A stretch of DNA of 64,000 nucleotides, taken from assembly GCA_964016885.1 (NCBI GenBank), contig OZ024741.1:28644001-28708000 (forward strand), given 5' to 3'. This stretch comes from Eledone cirrhosa (lineage: Eukaryota). The position numbers were made by a program, and so were the translations under genes. Shown here piece after piece: positions 39,662-58,519 of the stretch (the first letter of the stretch is position 1; each line of letters starts with the position of its first letter). The notes beneath the pieces were generated by a model. It ran no database searches and was not told where the DNA came from. It saw only the letters and a program-made list of their open reading frames with translations.

Positions 39662-40295
39662 ATATATATATGTATGTATGTATATTTATGTATGTATGTA
39701 TATATATATATGTATGTATGTATATTTATGTATGTATGTATGTATGTATATATATATATGTATGTATATATATATATGTATGTATGTATATTTATGTATG
39801 TATGTATGTATATATATGTATGTATGTATGTATATATATGTATGTATGTATATTTATGTATGTATGTATGTATATATATGTATGTATGTATGTATATATA
39901 TGTATGTATGTATATATATGTATGTATGTATATATATGTATGTATGTATATATATGTATGTATGTATATATATGTATGTATGTATATATTATATATGTAT
40001 GTATGTATATATACATATGTATGTATGTATATGTATGTATGTATGTATGTATGTATATATATGTATGTATGTATATATATGTATATATGTATGTATGTAT
40101 ATATATGTATATATGTATGTATATATATATGTATATATGTATGTATATATATATGTATATATATATGTATATATGTATGTATATATGTATGTATATATAT
40201 GTATATATGTATGTATATATATGTATATATGTATGTATATATATGTATATATGTATGTATGTATGTATGTATATATATATATATATGTATGTATG

Positions 40296-40340
<45 letters not shown>

Positions 40341-40434
40341 GTATATATGCATATATGTATGTATATATATATATATATGTATGTATGTATATATATATGT
40401 ATGTATGTATATATGCATATATGTATGTATATAT

Positions 40435-40468
<34 letters not shown>

Positions 40469-40496
40469 GTATATATGCATATATGTATGTATATAT

Positions 40497-40530
<34 letters not shown>

Positions 40531-40767
40531 GTATATATGCATATATGTATGTATATATATATATATGTATATATATATATGTGTATATGTATGTATATAT
40601 ATATATGTGTATATGTATGTATATGTGTATATGTATGTATATATATATATGTGTATATGTATGTATATGTGTATATGTATGTATATGTATATATATATGT
40701 GTATATGTATGTATATGTATATATATATGTGTATATGTATGTATATATATATATGTATATATATATG

Positions 40768-40814
<47 letters not shown>

Positions 40815-40871
40815 GTATATATATATGTATATATATATATGTATATATATATATATGTATATATATATATG

Positions 40872-41004
<133 letters not shown>

Positions 41005-41021
41005 GTATGTATATATATATG

Positions 41022-41058
<37 letters not shown>

Positions 41059-41063
41059 GTATG

Positions 41064-41094
<31 letters not shown>

Positions 41095-41121
41095 GTATGT
41101 ATATATATATATATATGTATG

Positions 41122-41186
<65 letters not shown>

Positions 41187-41191
41187 GTATG

Positions 41192-41248
<57 letters not shown>

Positions 41249-41283
41249 GTATATATATATATGTATGTATATATATATGTATG

Positions 41284-41314
<31 letters not shown>

Positions 41315-41369
41315 GTATGTATATATATATGTATGTATATATATATATATGTATATATATATATGTATG

Positions 41370-41506
<137 letters not shown>

Positions 41507-41714
41507 GTATATATATATATGTATGTATATATATATATATGTATAATATATATGTATGTATATATATATATATGTATATATATATATGTATATATATATA
41601 TATGTATATATATATATGTATGTATATATATATATATGTATGTATATATATATATATGTATATATGTATATATATGTATGTATATATATATATATGTATA
41701 TATGTATATATATG

Positions 41715-41908
<194 letters not shown>

Positions 41909-41915
41909 GTATATA

Positions 41916-41960
<45 letters not shown>

Positions 41961-42001
41961 GTATATATATATGTATATATATATGTATGTATATATATAT
42001 G

Positions 42002-42077
<76 letters not shown>

Positions 42078-42152
42078 ATGTATATATATATATGTATATA
42101 TATATATGTATGTATATATATATATGTATATATATATATGTATATATATATG

Positions 42153-42286
<134 letters not shown>

Positions 42287-42317
42287 ATGTATATATATAT
42301 ATGTATATATATATATG

Positions 42318-42362
<45 letters not shown>

Positions 42363-42504
42363 GTATATATATATATGTATATATATATATGTATATATAT
42401 ATATGTATATATATATATGTATATATATATATGTATATATATTATGTATATATATATATATGTATATATATATATGTATATATATATATGTATATATATA
42501 TATG

Positions 42505-42549
<45 letters not shown>

Positions 42550-42623
42550 GTATTATAATATATATGTATATATATATATGTATATATATATATGTATATA
42601 TATATATAATATGTATATATATG

Positions 42624-42717
<94 letters not shown>

Positions 42718-42749
42718 TATGTTATAATATATATATATATATATGTATG

Positions 42750-42872
<123 letters not shown>

Positions 42873-42876
42873 GTAC

Positions 42877-43067
<191 letters not shown>

Positions 43068-43081
43068 GTAATATATATATG

Positions 43082-43134
<53 letters not shown>

Positions 43135-43169
43135 TATATATGTATATATATATATATATATAATATATA

Positions 43170-43232
<63 letters not shown>

Positions 43233-43245
43233 GTATATATATAAA

Positions 43246-43295
<50 letters not shown>

Positions 43296-43516
43296 TATAT
43301 GTTATATATATATGTATATATATATGTATGTATATATATATATGTATATATATATATGTATATATATATATATGTATGATATATATATGTATATATATAT
43401 ATTTGTATATATATATGTTATATATATATATGTATATATATATATGTATATATACTATATATGTATATATATATATTTATATATATATATGTAATATATA
43501 TATATAATAATATATG

Positions 43517-43591
<75 letters not shown>

Positions 43592-43749
43592 GTATATATA
43601 ATATATGTATATATATATGTATATATATATATGTACTATACTATATGTATATATATATATTGTATATATATATGTATATATATATATGTATATATATATG
43701 TATATATATATGTATATATATATATATATATATGTATATATTATATATG

Positions 43750-43794
<45 letters not shown>

Positions 43795-43809
43795 GTATAT
43801 ATATATATG

Positions 43810-43872
<63 letters not shown>

Positions 43873-43894
43873 TTATATGCATTATATATATATG

Positions 43895-43925
<31 letters not shown>

Positions 43926-44107
43926 GTATATATATATGTATATATATATATGTATATATATATATATGTATATATATATATGTATATATATATATGTATA
44001 TATATATATGTATATATATATATGTATATATATATATGTATATATATATATGTATATATATATATGTTATATATATATGTATATATATATATGTATATAT
44101 ATATATG

Positions 44108-44152
<45 letters not shown>

Positions 44153-44201
44153 GTATATATATATATGTATATATGTATATATATATATATATGTATATAT
44201 G

Positions 44202-44380
<179 letters not shown>

Positions 44381-44407
44381 GTATATATATATGTATATAT
44401 ATATATG

Positions 44408-44460
<53 letters not shown>

Positions 44461-44545
44461 GTATATATATATAGATATATGTATATATATATGTATATAT
44501 ATATGTATATATATATATATGTATATATATATGTATATATATATG

Positions 44546-44594
<49 letters not shown>

Positions 44595-44632
44595 GTATAT
44601 ATATATATGTATGTTTATATATTATATGTATG

Positions 44633-44663
<31 letters not shown>

Positions 44664-44719
44664 GTATGTATATATATATGTAATGTATATATATATATAT
44701 GTATATATATATATGTATG

Positions 44720-44776
<57 letters not shown>

Positions 44777-44795
44777 GTATATATAATATATATGT

Positions 44796-44844
<49 letters not shown>

Positions 44845-44913
44845 GTATAATATATATATGTATATATATATATGTAATGTATATATATATATATGTATAT
44901 ATATATGTATTAC

Positions 44914-44962
<49 letters not shown>

Positions 44963-45075
44963 GTATATATATATATGTATGTATAAATATATATATATGT
45001 ATATATACTAATATATGTATATATGTATATATATGTATGTATATATATATATATGTATATATGTATATATATGTA

Positions 45076-45163
<88 letters not shown>

Positions 45164-45164
45164 G

Positions 45165-45197
<33 letters not shown>

Positions 45198-45198
45198 G

Positions 45199-45256
<58 letters not shown>

Positions 45257-45333
45257 GTATATATATATATACTATATGTATATATATATATGTATATATA
45301 TATGTATATATATATGTATGTATAATATATATG

Positions 45334-45370
<37 letters not shown>

Positions 45371-45482
45371 GTATATATATATATATTATATATATGTATA
45401 TATATATATGTATATATATATATGTATATATATATATGTATGTATATATATATATGTATATATATATATGTATATATATATG

Positions 45483-45513
<31 letters not shown>

Positions 45514-45532
45514 GTATATATATATACTTATG

Positions 45533-45624
<92 letters not shown>

Positions 45625-45659
45625 TGTATATTATATATATATATGTATATATATATATG

Positions 45660-45690
<31 letters not shown>

Positions 45691-45881
45691 GTATATATAT
45701 ATATGTATATATATATATGTATATATATATATGTATATATATATATGTATATATATATATGTATATATATATATGTATATATATATATGTATATATATAT
45801 ATATGTATATATATATATGTATATATATATATGTATATATATATATGTAGTATATATATATGTATATATATGATATATATG

Positions 45882-45912
<31 letters not shown>

Positions 45913-45925
45913 GTATATATATATG

Positions 45926-46047
<122 letters not shown>

Positions 46048-46050
46048 ATG

Positions 46051-46129
<79 letters not shown>

Positions 46130-46132
46130 TTA

Positions 46133-46233
<101 letters not shown>

Positions 46234-46236
46234 GTA

Positions 46237-46497
<261 letters not shown>

Positions 46498-46498
46498 C

Positions 46499-46575
<77 letters not shown>

Positions 46576-46579
46576 GTCT

Positions 46580-46614
<35 letters not shown>

Positions 46615-46781
46615 GTATATATATATGTATGTATATATATATATTTGTATATATATATATGTATATATATATATATGTATGTATATATATGTATATATAT
46701 ATATATGTGTATATATATATGTATATATATATATATGTATATATATATATGTATATATATATATATGTATATATATATATG

Positions 46782-46875
<94 letters not shown>

Positions 46876-46977
46876 ATATATATATGTATATATATATATG
46901 TATATATATATATGTATATATATATGTATATATATATATGTATATATATATGTATATATATATGTATATTATATATG

Positions 46978-47010
<33 letters not shown>

Positions 47011-47024
47011 GTAATATATATATG

Positions 47025-47055
<31 letters not shown>

Positions 47056-47068
47056 GTATATATATATG

Positions 47069-47137
<69 letters not shown>

Positions 47138-47153
47138 GCATTATATATATATG

Positions 47154-47184
<31 letters not shown>

Positions 47185-47197
47185 GTATATATATATG

Positions 47198-47242
<45 letters not shown>

Positions 47243-47372
47243 GTATATATATATATGTATATATATATATGTATATATATATATGTATATATATATATAT
47301 GTATATATATATATGTATATATATACTATGTATATATATATATGTATATATATATATGTATATATATATATG

Positions 47373-47419
<47 letters not shown>

Positions 47420-47472
47420 GTATATATATATAGTATATATGTATATATATATATATATGTATATATGTATAC

Positions 47473-47504
<32 letters not shown>

Positions 47505-47519
47505 TATGTATAATATATA

Positions 47520-47645
<126 letters not shown>

Positions 47646-47672
47646 GTATATATATATGTATATATATATATG

Positions 47673-47725
<53 letters not shown>

Positions 47726-47845
47726 GTATATATATATAGATATATGTATATATATATGTATATATATATGTATATATATATATATGTATATATATATGTA
47801 TATATATATGTATATATATATATATGTATATACTATATATATATG

Positions 47846-47879
<34 letters not shown>

Positions 47880-47882
47880 ATG

Positions 47883-47937
<55 letters not shown>

Positions 47938-47985
47938 GTATCTATATATATATATATAAGTATATTATATATATATATATGTATA

Positions 47986-48040
<55 letters not shown>

Positions 48041-48042
48041 AT

Positions 48043-48182
<140 letters not shown>

Positions 48183-48324
48183 ATGTATATATATATATAT
48201 GTATATATATATATGTATATATATATATATGTATATATATATATGTATGTATATATATATATATGTATATATATATATAATGTATATATATATATATATG
48301 TATATATACTATACTATATACTAT

Positions 48325-48490
48325 GTATAACGAAGGAAATGTGGTAAGGAACCAGGTGGACCATAACGCACCAAAGTACTCAATACTTGAGGTAGTAGAG
48401 TGGGTAATAGGAACCAGTAAGACCCCGACAGCTGAGCTCAAGCCGTCGAAACGGCTTGAGCTCAGCTGTCGGGGTCTTACTGGTTCCTAT
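48325..48490 (-). mobile_element. Short PLE-3'-end-like island ending in a perfect 40-bp hairpin
   Basis: 48407-48446 and 48451-48490 are exact reverse complements, loop CGAA; contains the HHR 3' half GAAA-CGGCU..AGCUG-UC. Confidence 0.65.
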
Positions 48491-48586
48491 ATATATGTAT
48501 ATATATATATATATATGTATATATATGTATATATATATATATGTATATATATGTATATGTATATATATATATATGTATATCTATAG

Positions 48587-48623
<37 letters not shown>

Positions 48624-48636
48624 GTATATATATATG

Positions 48637-48683
<47 letters not shown>

Positions 48684-48751
48684 GTAATATATATATGTAT
48701 ATATATATATATATGTATATATGTATATATATGTATATATGTATATATATG

Positions 48752-48806
<55 letters not shown>

Positions 48807-48837
48807 GTATATATATATATGTATGTATGTATATATA

Positions 48838-49394
48838 TGTCTCATGGTCGGGTCGTTGGCGACTAAACTGGCACCCCCTAAGGTTTCTTGGTGAGGAGGT
48901 GACTTTGGACATCCTGCAGGACTAAAAACAAAACCTGTCAAAGGGCAAAGGAGCTCTTAAGAGTCAATGGCCATCCAAAATCACTGGGAGAGATGACCCC
49001 TTAGCCTTTGTCAAGGCAGAATTCTAGGAGAAGGAAAACTCTGATATAACACCTGCAACCCTGATGGTATCCAATGATGTTGACTTGTTCTTCTTTTTGG
49101 TAAATATCATCTTGGTTAAGAGAGTGGGACTGGCTTTGTGCAGTGCCTTTGCTCACTATAAAAGCTTCACGGCACAGGCATTGCTTTATATCTGGAGATC
49201 TCTCTGCACTTGCCGTCACATGGTACCATGGGCCCAGCACTATGTGTCAATAATTGTCACAAGTGTAGTGTTTGTACCAGAGTTTTCAAGTCGCTGACTG
49301 GACTAAAAAGTCACACTCGTTCAGCGCATCGGTAGGGGTTCTCCTACATGGATATAAAGTAGTGGCCGTACTCGAAAACGAGTTGGCAGCCACC
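48838..49394 (+). mobile_element. Bipartite RTE derivative, copy 2 (about 50 bp 5'-truncated)
   Basis: Near-identical to 21169-21720. Confidence 0.85.
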
Positions 49395-49536
<142 letters not shown>

Positions 49537-49541
49537 GTATG

Positions 49542-49676
<135 letters not shown>

Positions 49677-49725
49677 ATATATATGTATATATATATGTAT
49701 ATATGTATATATGTATATATATATG

Positions 49726-49762
<37 letters not shown>

Positions 49763-49783
49763 GTATATATGTATATATATATG

Positions 49784-49821
<38 letters not shown>

Positions 49822-49841
49822 TATATGTAGATATATATATG

Positions 49842-49886
<45 letters not shown>

Positions 49887-49921
49887 GTAGATATATATAT
49901 GTATATATACATATATATATG

Positions 49922-49958
<37 letters not shown>

Positions 49959-49979
49959 GTATATATATATATATGTATA

Positions 49980-50064
<85 letters not shown>

Positions 50065-50105
50065 GTATATATATATATGTATATATATATATGTATATAT
50101 ATATG

Positions 50106-50154
<49 letters not shown>

Positions 50155-50191
50155 GTATATATATATGTATATATATATATGTATATATATA

Positions 50192-50224
<33 letters not shown>

Positions 50225-50237
50225 ATATATGTATATA

Positions 50238-50270
<33 letters not shown>

Positions 50271-50285
50271 ATATATGTATATATG

Positions 50286-50323
<38 letters not shown>

Positions 50324-50485
50324 TGTATATATCTATATATATGTATATATGTATATATATGTGTATATATGTATATATATGTATATATGTATATATATGT
50401 ATATATGTATATATATGTATATATATATATATATGTATATATATTTATATATGTATATATATATGTATATATGTATATATATATG

Positions 50486-50539
<54 letters not shown>

Positions 50540-50549
50540 TATGTATATG

Positions 50550-50580
<31 letters not shown>

Positions 50581-50596
50581 GTATATATAATATATG

Positions 50597-50636
<40 letters not shown>

Positions 50637-50717
50637 TGTATATGTATATATATATGTATATATATATATATATATATGTTATAAATATATATATATATGT
50701 ATATGTATATATATATG

Positions 50718-50783
<66 letters not shown>

Positions 50784-50789
50784 TATATG

Positions 50790-50857
<68 letters not shown>

Positions 50858-50862
50858 TGTAT

Positions 50863-50949
<87 letters not shown>

Positions 50950-50966
50950 GTATATATATATATATG

Positions 50967-51091
<125 letters not shown>

Positions 51092-51102
51092 GTATATATA
51101 TG

Positions 51103-51165
<63 letters not shown>

Positions 51166-51166
51166 G

Positions 51167-51211
<45 letters not shown>

Positions 51212-51214
51212 GTA

Positions 51215-51245
<31 letters not shown>

Positions 51246-51278
51246 ATATATATGTATATATATATATATGTATATATG

Positions 51279-51311
<33 letters not shown>

Positions 51312-51317
51312 GTATAA

Positions 51318-51363
<46 letters not shown>

Positions 51364-51396
51364 ATATATATGTATATATATATATATGTATATATG

Positions 51397-51429
<33 letters not shown>

Positions 51430-51448
51430 GTATATATATATGTATATA

Positions 51449-51493
<45 letters not shown>

Positions 51494-51512
51494 GTATATA
51501 TATATGTATATA

Positions 51513-51559
<47 letters not shown>

Positions 51560-51576
51560 ATGTATATATATATATG

Positions 51577-51768
<192 letters not shown>

Positions 51769-51769
51769 G

Positions 51770-51864
<95 letters not shown>

Positions 51865-52197
51865 GTATATATATATGTATATATATATATGTATATATGT
51901 ATATATATATGTATATATATATGTATATATGTATATATATACATATATATGTATATATATATGTATATATATATGTATATATATATGTATATATATATAT
52001 ATGTATATATGTATATATATATGTATATATATATGTATATATGTATATATATACATATATATATATATATGTATACATAATATATACACATATATGTATA
52101 TATATATGTATATATATATGTATATATATACATATATATATACACATATACATATATATACATATATATATATACATATATATATACATATATATAT

Positions 52198-52240
<43 letters not shown>

Positions 52241-52245
52241 TATAT

Positions 52246-52329
<84 letters not shown>

Positions 52330-52387
52330 TTCGTTTCTGAATTTGTTTAGCAAGATTCTTTATCTGAAATCGTGTGTTGAAACCGAT

Positions 52388-54368
52388 ATTGTTATACTTT
52401 GGGAGGGTCATGTTGCCAATAAGAAACACACGCACCAGTTGCTTTCACTTCAACTTATTATATATTTATAAATTTATAAATTTACAAATCTACAAACTTA
52501 TAAATTTCTGGTTGGTTGGTTGGTTCCACAACCCAGATAGTTGTTTATATATAGTCATAGTCCTTTCGTCACACACTCTGTGACCCTCTTCAGTGACTGG
52601 GGATTCCTTTCTTTGTTTCTGTGCCTTTCCTTTCTTCTGTCCTACGCAATTTTATTTCTGTGTGTGTTGTGTGCTCAGTTTGCGCATGCGCCACATCCGG
52701 ATGTCTCTGTGTGTTTGTGTTCATTTATTTATTTGTTTATTTATTATTTATTTATTTACATGTTGTTGGTTGGTTGTTTGTTCTATATGTGTGTGTGTTT
52801 TCATTTTGTCCTTAATTGTAAGTTGTGATGTTGCTGTTCCACTCATATTTTCTATTTAATTTTGGTTGTAATTCTTTTAAGCTTACTGCCTCTGTAATTT
52901 GCCTAAACATTGCATCTTTTCTGTGTGTGGATTCTATTTTTATTTTCTAATTTACCCTTGGTGTTCTATCTTAGCATGTTGGTAGAGCACAGATGATTCT
53001 TTATTATCTTGAAGGTCTCGCCAGTGTTCATTTATTCGTTCCCCTATACTACGAGCTGTCTCACCTATGTACACTATATTTTTGTTTCTATATTGTCCTT
53101 CAGTACATCTTATGCTATACACTACATTTCTAGTTTTACAGTTAATATGGGGCTTATTTTACAGGTTATACATTTCTTATCTATACATGAGGGTCTTTGG
53201 AACGGGTATGTCTTGCTAATAAGTGTTTTTACGGAGGTACCTGGTCTTTCTACTATCTTAATATTGAGTTTATGTTTATTTAGGGCCCTTCTAAATTTGT
53301 AGGCTAGTTCGCCTCTAGGGGTTGTATTGATGAACATTACACTCTGGTATTTATTGCTATCATACCATGAGTTTATTCTATTGGCCTTGTTCCTAGTTCT
53401 TTCTATTCTATTCCAAAATTTGCTCCTATACAAGGGGCAGGGCCCATTTATGTCATTATTTAACATTTTTTCCCATTTGGTTCTGGCTCCTCTATACACT
53501 CTGATTCTATCTCTCTGATTGTAGCCAGAGAACTGCATACGGTGGATGAAGTGTTGTATGTGTCTCTCTAGTTCTTCGGGGTTGCACATGCGGGACACAT
53601 TTCTCATCACCCGTACCAAATCCGCAATCAGTATGTTGATTTTGGTATGGTCCGAAATGGCCGAGTTTCGGTGGATCAGATGTTTGGAAGTCATGGGTTT
53701 GGCATAATGGGAATGGGGGATTTGTTTTTGGTTGTTAATGGTATCTAACCAGAGCTCTGTGTCTAGTACAGGTAATCGATGGTTGGGATGTCTACTTGGG
53801 TAGTCTATAGTAACTCTAATGCTCTGGTGGATGGAGTTTGCTATTTGCTGGATGCTTTCCATTGTGTTTTTCTCTAGTTCCTGACTGTTCTTTAGTGGGG
53901 GTGTCTTAACTACGATGTTTATATCATCTACGTAGCGGGAGTACATTATCAGGGTTAAGCTGTCTTCTAATTGTTCTTTAAGTTTTTGTTTAAGTCTACT
54001 GTCCCACCATACCATGAATAAGTTAGCTATGTCGCCTGCAATGCTAACACCAATGGCTGCTCCTTCCTCTTGGGCATATGTTTTACCATTAAATTTGAAC
54101 ATATGTTCCTTAAGGGTTAATTTTATGCTGGCCCCTACCGCATGTGCAATCATTTTCTTCAGTTCATCGTGGTTTTCGGGTGTCCGTATGGCTCTGGTCC
54201 ACCCGTTCCATCTATCTGTGTGGGTTTTCTTGGCCATTGAGGTAATGGTAGGTGGTCTGCCTCTTGCTGGTCTTGTAGGGCACAGGTTGCTAAGGTCATA
54301 AGTGTCTAGGTAACTATTACTATGGGTAAGCTTAAGTAGAAGTCCCAGCTCACTGGTATCAATCCCAT
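52388..54368 (-). mobile_element. Penelope-like element, 5'-truncated: open RT frame, frameshifted GIY-YIG, 3' region with HHR
   Basis: [49 protein letters not shown]; VVYSIRC..YIGETARSIGERINEH..RQITEAV..LNRKYEWN. Confidence 0.92.
52553..52598 (-). ncRNA. Minimal hammerhead with extra G residues before stem II
   Basis: AGUCA-CUGAAGA-GG-GUCACA GAGUG UGUGAC-GAAA-GGAC-UA-UGACU. Confidence 0.7.
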
Positions 54369-54503
54369 ATATGTATATATATATATAAATGTATATATAT
54401 ATATATATGTATAAATGTATATATATATATATATGTATATATGTATATATATATATATATGTATATATGTATATATATATATATATGTATATATATGTAT
54501 ATA

Positions 54504-54536
<33 letters not shown>

Positions 54537-54548
54537 ATATATATATAA

Positions 54549-56655
54549 TAACTTTGAATAACTTTGAAATGTTTTGGCCAGTATTGGCCCAGGCCATGTC
54601 TAACTTAATAGCACCACCTGGCGAAGTCTTTCAATTCAGGATTTGGGCACCATGGCCCATTCGAGAAGAGAATTACTGTTTGCGGAGACATATCCGGGTG
54701 TGGGTGGTTTGTCCGGGATTACTTGGAGGAATTTGTCCAAAGACTTCTTGAATTTTGTGTGGTCAGTTTCTGTTTTGACGTGTCCTGGTGTGATGTTGAA
54801 GAGAGCAGGGCCGATTGAGGTGAAATAATTGTGCCGTATTGTTGTTATGAGTTGCGATTTAGATTTTTGAATGGGACGGATAGCACGGGGCCCAAGCCTT
54901 GGGTGTATCTTGAAGGCGATGCCAACATCATTTGGGCAGTGATGATGGAACATTTTCCACATCATGCAGATAATATAACGCTCACGGCGACGTTGGAGTG
55001 AGTAAAGTTTCAGGTTTTCCAATCGACCCCAGTAGTCAAGGTCTGACATGCCATCTATCTTTTTCGTGATTGCCCTTTGAGGAGCTTCAAGTTTCATGAT
55101 ACTTTGTTTCGTGTGGGGAGACCACAGTGGACAACAGTATTCAAGGTGTGGTCGGGCGAAAGTAGAGAAGAGAAGGATAATAGTGCGGGAATCTCTCGAC
55201 TGGAAGGTTCTGAGGATCCAGGAACACATTCTGCGGGCCATGTCAACTTTGCTGCTTATATGCGTGGTCCAGCTTATGTTGCTGTCCACGGTTACTCCCA
55301 AGTCTCTGATGTTGTTAGATGCCACGAGAGTTTCCCCGGAGGGAAGGGAGTACGGGAGTTTCAGAGCATCCTCTTTTCCAAAGTGGATCAGTTCGAATTT
55401 GTCTTCGTTCAGTAACATGTTGTTCTTTTCTGCCCATTGGGTAACAGCCAGTAGGTCTGACTGAAGGCTTATCCGGTCATCCACGCCATTGATGACCTTT
55501 TGGAGCTTGGAATCATCAGCGAAAATTTTAATGTTGCTGTGTTTGATGATGTCAGTGATGTCATTAATATAGATGATGAAGAGAAGTGGGCCCAACGCAG
55601 TGCCTTGTGGGACTCCACTACTGACTTTGGCTGGGCTTGATTTGACTCCCTCAACTACAACATGTTGGGTTGTGTTTGACAGGAAGCTCTTGATCCACTG
55701 CAGCAGCTTTCCAGTGACACCAATATTGGACAGCTTTCTCAGTAGAATGTTATGATCAACCCTGTCAAAGGCCTTGCTGAAATCAAGGTAGATAACATCA
55801 GTGTTGGAACCCTCTCCCAAGGCTCTCAAAATGTCATCAAAGTGATGCAGTAGTTGCGTCAGGCAATCCCTTCCATTACGGAATCCATGCTGGTTGGAGT
55901 TCAGCATATTGTTACTCTCAAGGAAGTGGGTCATTCGCGATCTCACCACTCGCTCAAATACCTTAATGATATGAGAGGTGAGTGAGATTGGACGGTAATT
56001 CACGGCAAGGGATTTGTTTCCCTTTTTGAAAACTGGGACAACAGACTGGGATAGAAGGTTTTCTGGCACATATCCAGCATCCAGTGAGTTCCGCCACAGA
56101 TTGGCAAGAGGAGAAGCAAGTTGGTGTTGACACGCCTTCAAGACACAAGCAGGGAACCTATCGGGACCTACTGCTGAATTATGCTTGATTTCCTTTATTG
56201 CCGCCAAGACATCAGAGGCGCCAAACGTTATGTCCGATAAGGTGTAATGGGGAGTAACATCGCCGATACAGCCCAGATCGGCCATATCAGGATTGCTGAA
56301 AACAGAGCAGTATTGTTTCTGCAGTATCTCACCCATGGTTTTAGCATTGTCTTGAAGAGTGCCATTTTCATCAATTAGAGGGCCAACAGTAGAGCCAGTG
56401 ATTTTGTGTTTTTTTGCAAATGAAAAGAACACTTTGGGATTGAGTTTGATCTTCTCAATGGCCCAGGCCTCTTCAGCTCTTCTCTGATTGTTGATGAGGG
56501 ACATTATGTTGTTTTGGAGGTTATGTTTTTTAATTTCTAGTGATGAAATGGCAGTCAAGTTGATATGTTGCTGCTGACAGTATTTCAGCTTGTTGATTTT
56601 TTTGTTCGTTCTCTTAATTTTTCTGATGAGCGTTTTTCTATTTCTAGGGATTATG
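54549..56655 (-). mobile_element. CR1-group LINE, 5'-truncated, with an uninterrupted RT frame (54636-56650)
   Basis: [79 protein letters not shown]; tail TTCAAAGTTATTCAAAGTTATT. Confidence 0.93.
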
Positions 56656-56731
56656 TATATATGTATATATGTATATATGTAAATATATATATGTATATAT
56701 ATGTATATATATATATATGTATATATATATG

Positions 56732-56764
<33 letters not shown>

Positions 56765-56787
56765 GTATATATATATGCATGTATGTA

Positions 56788-56822
<35 letters not shown>

Positions 56823-56977
56823 GTATGTATGTATGTATGTGTATGTATGTATATGTATGTATGTATATATGTATGTATTTATATATATATGTATGTATGT
56901 ATGTATATGTATGTATGTATATATATATATGTATGTATATGTATGTATGTATATATATATATGTATGTATATGTATG

Positions 56978-57016
<39 letters not shown>

Positions 57017-57131
57017 GTATATATATATGTATGTATATATATATGTATGTATGTATATATATATGTATGTATATATATATGTATGTATATATATATGTAT
57101 GTATATATATATGTATGTATATATATATATG

Positions 57132-57177
<46 letters not shown>

Positions 57178-57471
57178 TATATATGTATGTATGTATGTAT
57201 ATATATGTATGTATGTATATATATGTATGTATGTATATATATGTATGTATGTATATATATGTATGTATGTATGTATATATATATATGTATGTGTATGTAT
57301 GTATATATATGTATGTATGTATATATATATATGTATGTATGTATATATATATATGTATGTATGTATATATATATATGTATGTATGTATATATATATATGT
57401 ATGTATGTATATATATATATGTATGTGTATGTATGTATATATATGTATGTATGTATGTGTATGTATGTATG

Positions 57472-57506
<35 letters not shown>

Positions 57507-57904
57507 ATATATATGTATGTATGTATATATATATGTATGTATGTATATATATATGTATGTATGTATATATATATGTATGTATGTATATATATATGTATGT
57601 ATGTATATATATATGTATGTATGTATATATATATGTATGTATGTATATATATATGTATGTATGTATATATATGTATGTATGTATGTATATATATATATAT
57701 TTATGTATATATATGTATGTATGTATGTATATATATGTATGTATGTATATATATATGTATATATATATGTATGTATGTATATATATGTATATGTATGTAT
57801 GTATGTATATGTATGTATGAATGTATATGTATGTATGTATGTATATATATATATATGTATGTATATATATATATATGTATGTATATATATATATGTCAGG
57901 TATG

Positions 57905-57941
<37 letters not shown>

Positions 57942-57945
57942 TTAT
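56656..57945. repeat. (TATG)n/(TA)n microsatellite
   Basis: Direct reading. Confidence 0.95.
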
Positions 57946-58108
57946 GTCAGGTCACCAGTTGGTGCTACTGGTAACATGTATCCCAGTACAACCTGTCTCA
58001 TGGTCGGGTCGTTGGCGACTAAACTGGCAACCCCACCAAGGTTTCTTGGTGAGGAGGGTGACTTTGGACATCCTGCAGGACTAAAAACAAAACCTGTCAA
58101 AGGGCAAA
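57946..58108 (+). mobile_element. Bipartite RTE derivative, copy 3, cut by the gap
   Basis: Matches 21122-21284. Confidence 0.85.
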
Positions 58109-58308
58109 NNNNNNNNNNNNNNNNNNNNNNNNNNNNNNNNNNNNNNNNNNNNNNNNNNNNNNNNNNNNNNNNNNNNNNNNNNNNNNNNNNNNNNNNNNNN
58201 NNNNNNNNNNNNNNNNNNNNNNNNNNNNNNNNNNNNNNNNNNNNNNNNNNNNNNNNNNNNNNNNNNNNNNNNNNNNNNNNNNNNNNNNNNNNNNNNNNNN
58301 NNNNNNNN
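58109..58308. other. Assembly gap (200 N)
   Basis: Run of N. Confidence 1.
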
Positions 58309-58352
58309 CAAAAACCAGAGGAATTTTAGATATTTAAGCGAGAGAAAGGGAA

Positions 58353-58448
58353 ATAATTGTTTCTACTTTAGGCACAAGGCCAGCAAATACCCAGTGCATT
58401 ACTGGTACCTTATTTTATCGACCCCCGTAAGGACGAAAGGCAAAGTCA
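58353..58448 (-). mobile_element. SINE 3' half
   Basis: Reverse complement of SINE core and tail. Confidence 0.8.
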
Positions 58449-58519
58449 GTAGATAAAGACTTTAGTGGAAGAGTTTTCAGTGATTATTTTAATTTTTATC
58501 CTTGCACTCATCAGTCTAT

